Positions 37,934 to 47,539 of a DNA stretch of 64,000 nucleotides are shown piece by piece (the stretch's first letter is position 1; each line of letters starts with the position of its first letter). Source of the stretch: an uncultured Candidatus Saccharibacteria bacterium. Its GTDB lineage: Bacteria > Patescibacteriota > Minisyncoccia > Phycocordibacterales > UBA2100. The position numbers were made by a program, and so were the translations under genes. Where the stretch lies: the NCBI GenBank assembly GCA_964434285.1, contig CAYSUJ010000004.1, positions 18,732 to 82,731 of the forward strand. The letters are read 5' to 3'. Below the pieces are notes generated by a model, which did not search any database, had not been told where the DNA came from, and saw only the letters and a list, made by a program, of their open reading frames with translations.

Positions 37934-38356
37934 TTATGCGCGCTCCACGACGCGAGCTTTTATCGGGAGCTTGGTGCCGGCCTTCCGAAGCGCTTCACGC
38001 GCCATCGCCTCAGGAGCACCGTCGACTTCGAAAATAATGCGGCCGGGGCGGACCTGCACGACATAGCCCTGCAAGTCACCCTTACCAGAACCCATGCCGA
38101 CTTCTGCTGCCTTCTGAGTGAATGGTCGATCAGGAAACACACGAATCCAGACTTTTGCCGTCTTTCCTGCTGCACGCGTGAGTGCGCGACGTGCTGCTTC
38201 GAGCTGGTTTGAGGTGATGCGTGCTGGCGTCATCGCCTTAAGGCCGTGTGAGCCAAAAGAAACGGTGATGCCACGAGTCTCTGGGCGTGCGAGACGCTCG
38301 GGGCTCTTGCGGCCAGTCTGCCATTTGCGGTGTTGTGTTTTCTTTGGTGCGAGCAT
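37934..38356 (-). CDS. rplP: 50S ribosomal protein L16
   Basis: MLAPKKTQHRKWQTGRK... Confidence 0.9.
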   Translation of the reverse strand: MLAPKKTQHRKWQTGRKSPERLARPETRGITVSFGSHGLKAMTPARITSNQLEAARRALTRAAGKTAKVWIRVFPDRPFTQKAAEVGMGSGKGDLQGYVVQVRPGRIIFEVDGAPEAMAREALRKAGTKLPIKARVVERA

Positions 38357-38361
38357 AGGCG

Positions 38362-39033
38362 TTATTTATTCTTCTTCTCCTCAAAGATTTCACCGCGGTA
38401 GATCCACACCTTGATGCCGATCACGCCATACGGAAGATAGGCATTCTCACGAGCGAAGTCGATATCGGCGCGGATGGTCTGGAGTGGCACGCGACCCTTC
38501 TTGATTTCTTCCTGACGAGACATTTCTGCACCACCGAGGCGGCCGGAGAGTGCGATACGCACGCCCTGCACGTCGCGGTTTGCCATCACCTTCTCAACGG
38601 TCTGCTTCATGACGCGGCGGAATGTCTGGCGTTTCTCTAGACCTTCGGCGATCATGTAAGCAACAACCGGTGCTTGGGATTCTGGTGAGCGCACTTCTTC
38701 GATGTCGAGTTTGACTGGAAGCTTTGCGGCGCCCTTCACCGTATGTGCGACCTTCGCAATTTCCTTGGTGAGCTTCTGCGAACCCTCGCCTGCGCGACCA
38801 ATGACCATACCCGGGCGCGAAGTCTTTACGAGAATGCGAATTGCCTGGCGGGTGCGCTCGATCTCAACGGAGGTGACATACATGCCACGGAGGCGCTTCT
38901 TCAAGAAGCGGCGGATCGTGGTGTCGATCATGACGTTCTCACGGAACTGCTTCGGGTTGGATGCGAACCAGCGCGACTTCCAATCACGGATGACTCCAAG
39001 TCGGTGTGCGTATGGATGTACTGTGTGTGTCAT
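38362..39033 (-). CDS. rpsC: 30S ribosomal protein S3
   Basis: KH domain plus ...RADIDFAR... Confidence 0.9.
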   Translation of the reverse strand: MTHTVHPYAHRLGVIRDWKSRWFASNPKQFRENVMIDTTIRRFLKKRLRGMYVTSVEIERTRQAIRILVKTSRPGMVIGRAGEGSQKLTKEIAKVAHTVKGAAKLPVKLDIEEVRSPESQAPVVAYMIAEGLEKRQTFRRVMKQTVEKVMANRDVQGVRIALSGRLGGAEMSRQEEIKKGRVPLQTIRADIDFARENAYLPYGVIGIKVWIYRGEIFEEKKNK

Positions 39034-39038
39034 AAAAA

Positions 39039-39479
39039 TTATGCGGTTTTCTTCTTAGCAGCGCGCTTTTTTGCGGCCGGCTTTTCGGTTTTCTTTTCTG
39101 GTGTTTCAGCAGCTTCTGCCTTTGGTGCAGCTTTTGCTTTCTTCACAGTGCCCTCCCCCTTCACGCCGAGCTCAATGCGAACGATCGACATGGTGCGGTT
39201 GATGCGGCCAGCGCGGCCACGTGCCTTCGGAGAAAAACGGCGGAGCACGAGACCTTTGTCAACGCTGATCGTCTTCACGATGAGGTTTTCTGGCGACACG
39301 CCTTGATTGCGCGCATTTGCGACAGCGGAGGCAAGAAGCTTTGCGATTTCTGGCGCAGACTTCTTCGGGAGAAATGCGAGCTGATCAGCTGCATAGACAA
39401 CGTTCTTGCCACGAATCATGTCGGCTACAAGGCGAACCTTGCGTGGCGACTGTTTGAAATTGGAGAGCATTGCCTTCAT
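39039..39479 (-). CDS. rplV: 50S ribosomal protein L22 (K/A-rich C-terminal extension)
   Basis: ...VSPENLIVKTISVDKGLVLRRF... Confidence 0.9.
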   Translation of the reverse strand: MKAMLSNFKQSPRKVRLVADMIRGKNVVYAADQLAFLPKKSAPEIAKLLASAVANARNQGVSPENLIVKTISVDKGLVLRRFSPKARGRAGRINRTMSIVRIELGVKGEGTVKKAKAAPKAEAAETPEKKTEKPAAKKRAAKKKTA

Positions 39480-39482
39480 ATA

Positions 39483-39863
39483 TTATTTCTTCTTTGCGTC
39501 TGCGGCACCTTTAGCAGCCTGCGCAGTTGCAATCTCAGCAGCCTTTGCCTTCTGTTCGATTTCCTTCTGCATCTTACCGCCGTGACGGCCGAAACGGGTT
39601 GTCGGAGCGAATTCACCAAGGCGGTGACCTACCATGTCTTCCGTGACGAACACTTCGTCGTGAGACTTACCGTTGTGCACCCCAAAGGTGTACCCGACGA
39701 ATTCAGGGGCGATCATGGATGAGCGTGCCCATGTCTTGATCGAGCCGGCACCGGGCTTACGCGCCGCGACTTTCTTCGCGAGCTTCGCATCAACGTATGG
39801 TCCTTTTTTGAGTGAGCGTGTCATAGGCGTGGGTACTGTAATTGAAAAATGGCTTAAAGTCAA
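39483..39863 (-). CDS. rpsS: 30S ribosomal protein S19 (likely start [11 protein letters not shown], about 39824)
   Basis: ...[13 protein letters not shown]...GVHNGK... Confidence 0.85.
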   Translation of the reverse strand: MTLSHFSITVPTPMTRSLKKGPYVDAKLAKKVAARKPGAGSIKTWARSSMIAPEFVGYTFGVHNGKSHDEVFVTEDMVGHRLGEFAPTTRFGRHGGKMQKEIEQKAKAAEIATAQAAKGAADAKKK

Positions 39864-39878
39864 AATTATTTGCTCATT

Positions 39879-40727
39879 TTATTTTCTTTTCCCGACGCGG
39901 CGACGCGAGACGATGAAGACGTTTGAATACTTCTTCGGGCGGCGAGTCTTCTGACCCTTACCCGATGGGCGACCCCAGAGCGTCTTTGCGCGGCGAAGAC
40001 CACGACCCTGCTTACCTTCACCTCCACCGTGTGGGTGATCAACTGGGTTCATCGCGGTGCCACGCACTGTTGGGCGCTTACCCAACCAGCGTGAGCGACC
40101 TGCCTTACCGAGATTCACGAGGCGGTGTTCGTCGTTTGACGCTTCACCGACGGATGCCCAGACGGTGCCCAAGACTTTGCGCACTTCTGTCGATGGCATC
40201 TTGAGGTGTGTGTAGCCGCCGTCGTGCGCGACGATCTCTGCGTAGTTGCCTGCCGAGCGGGCGATCTTGCCGCCGCCGTTTGGCTTCACTTCGATGTTGT
40301 AGACGAAGGTACCGACGGGCATCGCGTTCAGAGGAAGGCGGTTGCCGCGGGTCACAGGTGCATTCTCAGAAACGATGAAGGTGTCGCCCACCTGTACGTT
40401 CTTGGGGACGATGATGTAGCGCTTAGCGCCGTCAGCATAGACAGCAAGACCGATGAACGCGGAGCGGTTTGGATCGTATTCCACCGTCGTGATCTTTGCA
40501 GGAATGTTCTTCTTGTCGAAATCAAAGTCGACTGCGCGCCACAGCTGCTTGTGGCCACCGCCGCGGTGACGCATGGTGATGCGACCCTGGTTGTTGCGGC
40601 CAAAACCGCGCTTCCCTCCACCCTTGAGTGCCTTGTGAGGCGCGTGGCCGGAGAGCACCGCACGATAATTGATGCGGGTCATTGCGCGAGAGCTCTTGGT
40701 GATTGGACGATATTTCTTGAGTGCCAT
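39879..40727 (-). CDS. rplB: 50S ribosomal protein L2
   Basis: ...HPHGGGEGK... Confidence 0.9.
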   Translation of the reverse strand: MALKKYRPITKSSRAMTRINYRAVLSGHAPHKALKGGGKRGFGRNNQGRITMRHRGGGHKQLWRAVDFDFDKKNIPAKITTVEYDPNRSAFIGLAVYADGAKRYIIVPKNVQVGDTFIVSENAPVTRGNRLPLNAMPVGTFVYNIEVKPNGGGKIARSAGNYAEIVAHDGGYTHLKMPSTEVRKVLGTVWASVGEASNDEHRLVNLGKAGRSRWLGKRPTVRGTAMNPVDHPHGGGEGKQGRGLRRAKTLWGRPSGKGQKTRRPKKYSNVFIVSRRRVGKRK

Positions 40728-40729
40728 AA

Positions 40730-41092
40730 CTATGAAATGGTTATTGTTTCTCCCTTCTTGAGATAGACATAGGCCTTCTTGCCACCCTGCTTCACGCCGG
40801 TTTTGCCTGTGCGCATATTGCGAACCTTCTTTGCGCGAATGTTCACGATGCGAACTGCACGAGGCGTCACGCTAAAGAGTGATTTCACTGCGGATGCGAT
40901 CTCTTTCTTGTTTGCCGAGGTCGCGACATCAAACACATACGCGCTCATGCCCTGTGCGAAGGTTGCCTTCTCGGTGACGCGCGCATTCAAGAGCACGTGT
41001 GCGTAATCTGCTTTGCGCGCATGCACTGCAGGAGTTGCGACTGCCTTCTCCTCTGTCTTCTGTGTTTTCTTTGTGCGTGAAAAGAGTGCCAT
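40730..41092 (-). CDS. rplW: 50S ribosomal protein L23
   Basis: ...VLLNARVTEKA...AYVYLKKGE... Confidence 0.85.
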   Translation of the reverse strand: MALFSRTKKTQKTEEKAVATPAVHARKADYAHVLLNARVTEKATFAQGMSAYVFDVATSANKKEIASAVKSLFSVTPRAVRIVNIRAKKVRNMRTGKTGVKQGGKKAYVYLKKGETITIS

Positions 41093-41095
41093 AGA

Positions 41096-41872
41096 TTATT
41101 TGTCCTTCTTAGGAGCGCGTGTTGCAAGGATCGCAACCGCTGCTTCTGGGTTTTCAATGACGATGTATGAGTGTTTGAGGATCGCGACTGGGTTCAGATC
41201 GCGCACCGCGCTCGATGAGATGTTGCTGATATTGCGGAAGCTCTTTGTGACCGATGGCTTTGCATCAGCGAATGCGACGAGTGCCGCGTTCTTCTTCTTA
41301 GAGGAGAGCTTTGTGAAATCACCCTTCGAGAGTGCGACGAGGGCCTTCTTTGCAGAAGCCGTCGATGGCTTTTCGATGCCAAAGGTGTCGACGAAGATAA
41401 TGCCGCCGTCCTTCATCTTCTGAGAGAGCGCCATGAAGAGTGCCTTTGCACGCATCTTTGCAGGAATCGTGCGAGCAAACACTTTTTCGTTGCGAGGACC
41501 GTGGGTGACACCGCCACCCTTCCAGATCGGAGAGCGGATGGATGAGTGACGAGCGCGGCCGGTGCCCTTTTGCTTCCATGGCTTCTTACCGCCGCCACGA
41601 ACATCGCCGCGACCCTTCGTGTGGGCGACGTTTGTGCGGGCATTGTCCTGCATTGAGGTGACGACCTGATGCATGAGGGATTCGTTCCACGCAAGACCGA
41701 AGATGTTCTCGGGGAGTTCGAGCGAACCTGCCTTCTTGCCTTGTGCGTTGTAGATGTCAGTTTTCACCCCGTTAGAAGTGCCACCTTGTTTGCGAGATGT
41801 GTCGTTATTCATATTTTTGTCTTTCTTTTCCATAGATTCGTTTGTTGCACTTCTAACGGGGTTCATATACAA
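41096..41872 (-). CDS. rplD: 50S ribosomal protein L4 (the start is probably internal)
   Basis: ...GGGKKPWKQKGTGRARHSSIRSPIWKGGGVTHGP... Confidence 0.85.
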   Translation of the reverse strand: MYMNPVRSATNESMEKKDKNMNNDTSRKQGGTSNGVKTDIYNAQGKKAGSLELPENIFGLAWNESLMHQVVTSMQDNARTNVAHTKGRGDVRGGGKKPWKQKGTGRARHSSIRSPIWKGGGVTHGPRNEKVFARTIPAKMRAKALFMALSQKMKDGGIIFVDTFGIEKPSTASAKKALVALSKGDFTKLSSKKKNAALVAFADAKPSVTKSFRNISNISSSAVRDLNPVAILKHSYIVIENPEAAVAILATRAPKKDK

Positions 41873-41875
41873 AAA

Positions 41876-42484
41876 TTAGCCGCGGATTTCCACGAGTGTG
41901 CCTGGCTTCCCCGGAAGTGCGCCCGAGATGAACATGGTGTTCGTTGCCGCATCCACCTTCATGACCTTGAGGTTTTTGATCGTGATGCGGTCACCGCCCA
42001 TGCGTCCTGCCATGCGCATACCCTTTGCCACACGACCGCCTGCGCGTCCTGCGCCGCCGATAGAGCCCGGTGCACGCTCCTTGTTCTTCTGACCGTGAGA
42101 GCGAGGACCGCCCTTGAAGCCATGGCGCTTGACGACACCTTGGAAGCCCTTACCTTTTGAAATTGCAGAGACAACGACAACATCGCCCTCGGCGAAGTTG
42201 GAGAGGTCGATTGAGGCGCCGCGGTCCATCTTTTCGCTCGTGCGCACCTCGCGCATGTAGCGTACTGAGGGGAGATCCTTAAGGTGGCCCTTCTGCGGTG
42301 CTGAAAGACGGCTCTCGCGGCGGGTGCCGACGCCGAGCTGGAGTGCCTCATAGCCATCCTTTTCGGTGATCTTCGCCTGAGTGACCGTCATCGGTGCAGC
42401 AGTCACGATGGTCACCGCAGAAACGGTGCCTTTGTCATCAAATATCTGGGTCATGCGACCCTTGATACCGAGCATGAATTTCAT
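41876..42484 (-). CDS. rplC: 50S ribosomal protein L3
   Basis: MKFMLGIKGRMTQIFDDKG... Confidence 0.9.
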   Translation of the reverse strand: MKFMLGIKGRMTQIFDDKGTVSAVTIVTAAPMTVTQAKITEKDGYEALQLGVGTRRESRLSAPQKGHLKDLPSVRYMREVRTSEKMDRGASIDLSNFAEGDVVVVSAISKGKGFQGVVKRHGFKGGPRSHGQKNKERAPGSIGGAGRAGGRVAKGMRMAGRMGGDRITIKNLKVMKVDAATNTMFISGALPGKPGTLVEIRG

Positions 42485-42502
42485 AGTTTAAGAATGAAAA
42501 AA

Positions 42503-42523
42503 CCGCGCACTAGCGCGGAAAAA
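42503..42523 (-). terminator. intrinsic terminator/attenuator-like hairpin immediately upstream of rplC
   Basis: On the minus strand: ccgcgc-tagt-gcgcgg followed by TTTTTTCATTCTT, ending 18 nt before the rplC ATG. There is no Shine-Dalgarno sequence in the gap. Confidence 0.5.
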
Positions 42524-42613
42524 TGATGATTCCGAGCCAGTGGTCCGATATGCGGACATGGGTTCTCCTTACGGAGTGGGAGCACTATACATGAGGGCGG
42601 CCGAGGATGCAAA

Positions 42614-43012
42614 TCACGACCCCTCAACTGGCATGGTGTCTCGACGCTTCTTGCGTTGAACAGCGAGAAAGATCCATACGCCGATGATGACAAGGAAGAG
42701 GGCGCCGATGGCGAGCGAGAGCGCATCATATGGCACGGGAGCTGGCGGCTCGTAGATAGGTGCCTCGAAAGGGGCCTCATCGAAGCTGTTTTGTGCCTCA
42801 AGATAATCTTGCGCGCTCCCCTGTTCCTCGGCGCGCGCCGCGAGGGCATCTACTAAGGCATCGAGCTCAGTCGGCGACATTTCTGCAGAGCGCGGATCGG
42901 CCGTGATGTCGGCACGGATGGCTGCGCGGAGGGTATCTTCCCCTTCTTGCGCATAGGCAAAGAGAGGAAGCATGACAAGGAGAAACGCGAATACAGCTCG
43001 AGAGATCACCAT
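42614..43012 (-). CDS. small acidic protein with an N-terminal signal peptide and a C-terminal transmembrane anchor, inserted between rpsJ and rplC
   Basis: MVISRAVFAFLLVMLPLFAYAQEG... and a C-terminal LSLAIGALFLVIIGVWIFLAVQRKKRR. Confidence 0.4.
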   Translation of the reverse strand: MVISRAVFAFLLVMLPLFAYAQEGEDTLRAAIRADITADPRSAEMSPTELDALVDALAARAEEQGSAQDYLEAQNSFDEAPFEAPIYEPPAPVPYDALSLAIGALFLVIIGVWIFLAVQRKKRRDTMPVEGS

Positions 43013-43070
43013 AAAACGATTATAGCTCCCGCGAAGGAGCTACAGCAGACTATCCCCACTCGTGGTCGGG

Positions 43071-43430
43071 CTACATCATCTTTACGTCGATAGAGACGCC
43101 AGAAGGCAAATCTATATTCGTGAGAGCTTCGATCACCTTCCCTTCGGGATTGATGATATCGATCATGCGCTTATGGACGCGCATCTCGAACTGCTCACGC
43201 GAGTCTTTGTCGATGAACGCACCACGGTTCACGGTGTATTTCTTGATGTCGATAGGAAGGGGGACAGGACCAACCACCTTGGCACTGTAGCGGGCGGCGG
43301 TGTCGATGATCTGCTTCACCGACTTGTCCAAAACAGCGTGCTCATAGGCGCGCACCTTAATGCGCAGGCGGTGATCGCCATCTGCCTTCTTGCTCTTGCG
43401 AGCCTTCGCTGCCGTCTTGGTTGCTGTCAT
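43071..43430 (-). CDS. rpsJ: 30S ribosomal protein S10 (with an N-terminal K/A-rich extension)
   Basis: ...RLRIKVRAYEHAVLDKSVKQIIDTA... Confidence 0.9.
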   Translation of the reverse strand: MTATKTAAKARKSKKADGDHRLRIKVRAYEHAVLDKSVKQIIDTAARYSAKVVGPVPLPIDIKKYTVNRGAFIDKDSREQFEMRVHKRMIDIINPEGKVIEALTNIDLPSGVSIDVKMM

Positions 43431-43497
43431 AGAACTCCGGAAGTATGCCTTACTTCGAGGGAAATTGCAAACGTATATTCAGATCGCCCGCCGTTAG

Positions 43498-43525
43498 TTG
43501 ACAACGATTACGACTATCGTACTAT
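43498..43525 (+). promoter_or_regulatory. sigma70-like promoter for the M23 peptidase gene
   Basis: TTGACA-N16-TACTAT. An AGGAGG ribosome-binding site follows at 43551. Confidence 0.45.
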
Positions 43526-43563
43526 GTTATCCTCACCTTAATACCCTCAGGGAGGATAAGGAA

Positions 43564-44238
43564 ATGCTCTTTTTAGAACCGCTGCAGGGGTCACCCAGTG
43601 GCTACCTTGATTTGAACCACCTCGCCAAAAGATGGCTGCAAGGGATGGATCCATCACTTCCCAATCCACTCCTTAACCCACACACGGCTGAAACTGTGCT
43701 ACAGCAAGGGCACAGAGACCTCGGTTTAGCGTGGTCGTACGGTGGTTGGCAGGAAGATCGTCGAGATCTGCACCGCGACACGTATCTCAACCCGGACAAG
43801 CGCTGGATCCACATCGGGCTCGACGTAAACGCTGGTGCTGGCACGCCAATCCGTGCCCTCGCGAGCGGCACAATCGTACATGTGGGCGACGATTCCCCAC
43901 TCATCGGTGGATGGGGCGGACACATTGTCCAGATTATATGTTTCAGAGGACAGCCCTACGCACTCATCTACGCTCACCTCGGAGGGATACGATGCTGTGT
44001 TGGTAACATTGCCAAAAAAGGCGATGAAATTGCACGCATCGGCACCCCAGCAGAGAATGGAAACTGGGCTCCGCACGTACACCTCCAGCTTCTTCAGCTT
44101 CCCGACCTTGCGAATAGCGCGCGAGACTGGAAAAAAGTGCTCGATGAACTGGATGGATACGTTCGTAAAGAGGATGCGTCGAAGTGGGCGCGCTTGTGCC
44201 CAGACCCAACGCCGCTCATATTCGGACTGGGCGAGTAA
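43564..44238 (+). CDS. M23/LytM-family metallopeptidase (the listed ORF starts at 43498)
   Basis: HIGLDVNAGAGTPIRALASGTIVHVGDD...GGHIVQI...PHVHLQL. Confidence 0.7.
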   Translation: MLFLEPLQGSPSGYLDLNHLAKRWLQGMDPSLPNPLLNPHTAETVLQQGHRDLGLAWSYGGWQEDRRDLHRDTYLNPDKRWIHIGLDVNAGAGTPIRALASGTIVHVGDDSPLIGGWGGHIVQIICFRGQPYALIYAHLGGIRCCVGNIAKKGDEIARIGTPAENGNWAPHVHLQLLQLPDLANSARDWKKVLDELDGYVRKEDASKWARLCPDPTPLIFGLGE

Positions 44239-44339
44239 CGAACACCTGAAGGGCCTGCGAACAAGCGCAGGTCCTTCCTTTATTCAAACCGCTATTGAGA
44301 TGCGCGACATGTCTTTTTCGCCCCCTCTCAGTCATTGTG

Positions 44340-44729
44340 TTAGCCCTTCTTTTCGAGCATTGCACTCACCTGTATCACGATCTCTGAGGGAATGAATTGC
44401 GCTTTGATGAGGTGGGCGTCCGCGCCGAGCTCAAGGAGGCGCGCATGCGCGGCTTCGCGCCCCTCGTTCGTGAGTGCGATTTTCAAGGCGTGCTTTGCGA
44501 GGCCCTCCTGCTTCACCGTTTCGATAAACTGAAAGCCACTATCGCTCTCGGGCATAGTGACGTCGAAGAGGATCACGTCTGGCTCGTAGCCGGCGCGGAG
44601 TGCGTTCAAGGCATCCCATGAGGAACCGTAGAGCGCGACGTCGTACCCCCTTTTTTCAAACGCGACTTTGTAAATTTCGAGCAGGAATCGCTCGTCGTCG
44701 AGCATCAAGACCTTGGGTTTTTCGTTCAT
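44340..44729 (-). CDS. stand-alone response regulator receiver (CheY-like)
   Basis: Contains the receiver-domain segments LMLDDE, ILFDVTMP and KIALT. Confidence 0.7.
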   Translation of the reverse strand: MNEKPKVLMLDDERFLLEIYKVAFEKRGYDVALYGSSWDALNALRAGYEPDVILFDVTMPESDSGFQFIETVKQEGLAKHALKIALTNEGREAAHARLLELGADAHLIKAQFIPSEIVIQVSAMLEKKG

Positions 44730-44737
44730 GACTGTGA

Positions 44738-45253
44738 TTATTGCACGATGATAGTGCTTGCAGGCAATTTTGCACGAATGATGGAGAGATCGCTCTCGGA
44801 AACGGCGTTCCCCGAGAGATCGAGGCGTTCCAGTTTTGAAAGATTGCCAAGCTCGTGCGGGAGCCCCGTGAGTTTATTGTTGGAGAGATCGAGGATGCGC
44901 AGTTCTTGCAGTTGCCCCACTTCTGCGGGGACACCCGTGAACAGATTGTGACTCAAATCAAGCTCGATGAGATTTTGGAGATGACGTACCTCTGCTTGGA
45001 GTGCACCCTCGAGTTGATTCCCTGATAGATCAAGATGTGTGATCTCGACGCGTTCGAAAATATAACTCGGCGCCGTGCGCAGGCCTGAATTACTAAGATC
45101 CATGATGGGGCCGGAGACGGGGCGCACGATTTCTTTTCGAGCGGTTTCGCCTTGTGACACCTCCTCACGTTCTGGCGCCTCAAGCCGTGGCGCGATATAG
45201 CCGTAGCCAATCATCATGAGTGCAGCGATAACGAATGCGATGACGTATGTCAT
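44738..45253 (-). CDS. membrane-anchored leucine-rich-repeat protein (the listed ORF runs to 45454)
   Basis: Transmembrane helix MTYVIAFVIAALMMIGYGYI, then tandem LxxLxLSxNxL repeats. Confidence 0.55.
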   Translation of the reverse strand: MTYVIAFVIAALMMIGYGYIAPRLEAPEREEVSQGETARKEIVRPVSGPIMDLSNSGLRTAPSYIFERVEITHLDLSGNQLEGALQAEVRHLQNLIELDLSHNLFTGVPAEVGQLQELRILDLSNNKLTGLPHELGNLSKLERLDLSGNAVSESDLSIIRAKLPASTIIVQ

Positions 45254-45341
45254 TGCTTCATAGTAGTACCGTTTGCACGCAGGCGCCATCCACGCCTGCA
45301 TGCACGCGAAGCGAAAAGGATGCTGTTCATTAGAGATAGTG

Positions 45342-46031
45342 CTACCCCAAAAGCCCCCAGCCGCTTGTTTCTCCCCTGTCTTTCGCGCACAGCAGTTTGA
45401 TTGTTTTACCCTGCCTGACAAATCTGAGGCCATTTTGGATGTTGCAGGTGGCACAACGGCCTTTCGCCTTCTCCCACGCTTCCGCTTTCACTGCCGCCGA
45501 GAGATACCGCTCCTCCTCGAGCACTGGATCACGATCACTCCGCATGCGATCGGCGGGCTGCAGGAAAAAATGAAAGATCTTTCGTCCGTCACGAGTCACC
45601 GGAGCGGCATCGACGAGATCAAAAATCCCCTTGTCGAACCACACACCCGGATCAAGCTTTTCATACACCTGCACTTGGAGTGGCTCTTTGCGCACGCCGT
45701 CCTTTAGGGCGTGGGCAGCTTTGTAGAACTTGCCGTTCTCGGTGAGCTTGTCGCCGCCATACATGAGGAGTTGGTCGGGCGATTTTCCACCCGTCTCTTT
45801 CGTCGTGGAATCGTGCCCCTCAAAGGTGTAGCGCTTCTTCTTCGCATCCCACTCGTCCCTATATTCCCCATCGTCTTTTGCCAAGACGAGAAAGACGCTG
45901 AGCGCTTCGCCCGCATCGCGAAAGTTCATGCTCTTCTGCAGCATCAACCCCTCGCGCTCCATGAGCTCGTTTGCAGAGAGAATAGAGGTGGGGCGCTTCT
46001 GCACATACACCTCGCCGAGAAAATTCGACAT
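45342..46031 (-). CDS. hypothetical protein, starts 3 bp after the Fic/Doc gene
   Basis: 229 aa. A possible C-terminal Cys cluster (GRCATCN...LLCAKD). Confidence 0.35.
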   Translation of the reverse strand: MSNFLGEVYVQKRPTSILSANELMEREGLMLQKSMNFRDAGEALSVFLVLAKDDGEYRDEWDAKKKRYTFEGHDSTTKETGGKSPDQLLMYGGDKLTENGKFYKAAHALKDGVRKEPLQVQVYEKLDPGVWFDKGIFDLVDAAPVTRDGRKIFHFFLQPADRMRSDRDPVLEEERYLSAAVKAEAWEKAKGRCATCNIQNGLRFVRQGKTIKLLCAKDRGETSGWGLLG

Positions 46032-46034
46032 ACG

Positions 46035-47009
46035 CTATTTCAGCAATTGCGTAACGAGTGCGATCATCTGCTCTTTTCGCTCCGGCTTACTCTCCGCGAT
46101 GAGGAGTGTGAGCGCGGTGAGCGCTGCGGGGTTGATGTTCCCTGCCCGCTTGATGCGTGCCCTGCGGAGAAACCACACAAACGCAAACGCGCCGCTGCGT
46201 TTGTTGCCGTCGGTGAAGGGATGATTCTTCACCATGAAGTAGAGAAGGTGCGCCGCTTTTTCTTCTGCGGTTGGATAGAGCGCTTTGCCGCCAAAGGATT
46301 GCATGATGTTGCCCACAATGCCGCCGATGCTTCCCTGTGCGCGCTCGTGCGCAAAGAGTTCCGTCGCCTCGTCTTTGCGCATCAATTCTGTGCGGAGTGT
46401 GTGTATCGCGGCCGTCAATTCTTCGCCCGTGAGTGCAATGGCTTTTTTCGTGACACCGATCGGCTTCAAGGCATCTTTGTCGTATGCGTCGAGAGAGACC
46501 CAGGTGCCCGCAAATTCCTTGATGAGCTCCAAAACCTGTTTGGGATCAAGCGTGACGTGCTCCGGCAGAAGCGCCTGCACGTCGGCAACTGCCTTCATAA
46601 AAGCGTCGTAATTGCGGCCGATTTGCTTTCGGTTAATGGTGTAGCCGCGGGTGATGTGCTCGCGGAGGGTTTTTGTGGCCCAAATACGAAACGCTGTCGC
46701 CTGTTTGGAATTGACGCGGTAGCCAACTGACAGAATCGCATCAAGATTATATTGTTCGATTCGTCGTTTTACCGACCGAGCACCCTCTTTTTGAACTGTT
46801 TCCAAAATGGAAACAGTTGCTTTGCGCGAAAGCTCTCCACTTTCATAAATATTCTTAAAATGTTTCGATACTGCCGCCTTTCCAACGCCAAATACCGCCG
46901 CTATATCATCAAGCGAGGCCCATAGCGTTTCGCGCGTCACGTCTGCACGGAATTCAACATTTCCGCGCTTGTCCTTAAATATGACAATCGATGTCTCCTT
47001 TTTAGCCAT
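46035..47009 (-). CDS. Fic/Doc-family protein with an N-terminal RhuM-like DNA-binding region
   Basis: C-terminal HPFTDGNKRSGAFAF (Doc/Fic HxFx[D/N]GNKR motif). The N-terminal ~150 aa are RhuM/antirepressor-like. Confidence 0.6.
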   Translation of the reverse strand: MAKKETSIVIFKDKRGNVEFRADVTRETLWASLDDIAAVFGVGKAAVSKHFKNIYESGELSRKATVSILETVQKEGARSVKRRIEQYNLDAILSVGYRVNSKQATAFRIWATKTLREHITRGYTINRKQIGRNYDAFMKAVADVQALLPEHVTLDPKQVLELIKEFAGTWVSLDAYDKDALKPIGVTKKAIALTGEELTAAIHTLRTELMRKDEATELFAHERAQGSIGGIVGNIMQSFGGKALYPTAEEKAAHLLYFMVKNHPFTDGNKRSGAFAFVWFLRRARIKRAGNINPAALTALTLLIAESKPERKEQMIALVTQLLK

Positions 47010-47071
47010 GCAATAACGATATCATGAGGCGCAACGCGCACAGATACACGCCCCCGGTGTATACTGCCCCC

Positions 47072-47410
47072 ATGAAATACACCGGTGGATGCCATTGCGG
47101 CGCAGTTCGTTATGAGTTTGAGGGCGAGTTTACAGAAGGCTTGGAGTGCAATTGTTCGCACTGCGAGAAAAAGGGGCTCCTCCTTTATTTTGCCGACAAA
47201 GACACGTTCAAGCTCCTTTCAGGCGAAGAAAATCTCACCGAGTATTTGTTTAACAAGAAGCAGATTCGGCATCTCTCGTGCAAAACATGCAGCGTGCAGG
47301 CGCACTCAGAAGGCATCGGCTTTCCGAAAGTGGGCATCAACCTCCGCTGCATCGATGGCGTCGATGTCGCTTCACTCCCCCGCAAGCACTACAACGGGAA
47401 GGATATGTAA
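47072..47410 (+). CDS. Gfa-like (CENP-V / glutathione-dependent formaldehyde-activating) zinc-binding protein
   Basis: MKYTGGCHCGAVRYEF...CNCSHC. Confidence 0.6.
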   Translation: MKYTGGCHCGAVRYEFEGEFTEGLECNCSHCEKKGLLLYFADKDTFKLLSGEENLTEYLFNKKQIRHLSCKTCSVQAHSEGIGFPKVGINLRCIDGVDVASLPRKHYNGKDM

Positions 47411-47539
47411 GCAGTCGGGCTTACGGCGACGCAATCCGCTTCAGTGGCATCATTGACTTTGCACTATTCGGGGGCTATATTTTCTACATCAAGACGAGGG
47501 GGGTCCGAACGGTTAACTACCTAAGGCACCCCCCTCTTT

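Noticed and set aside
45711-46730. 339-aa plus-strand ORF
   Set aside because: Antisense of the Fic/Doc gene and the upstream hypothetical gene, with a Cys/Arg-rich composition.
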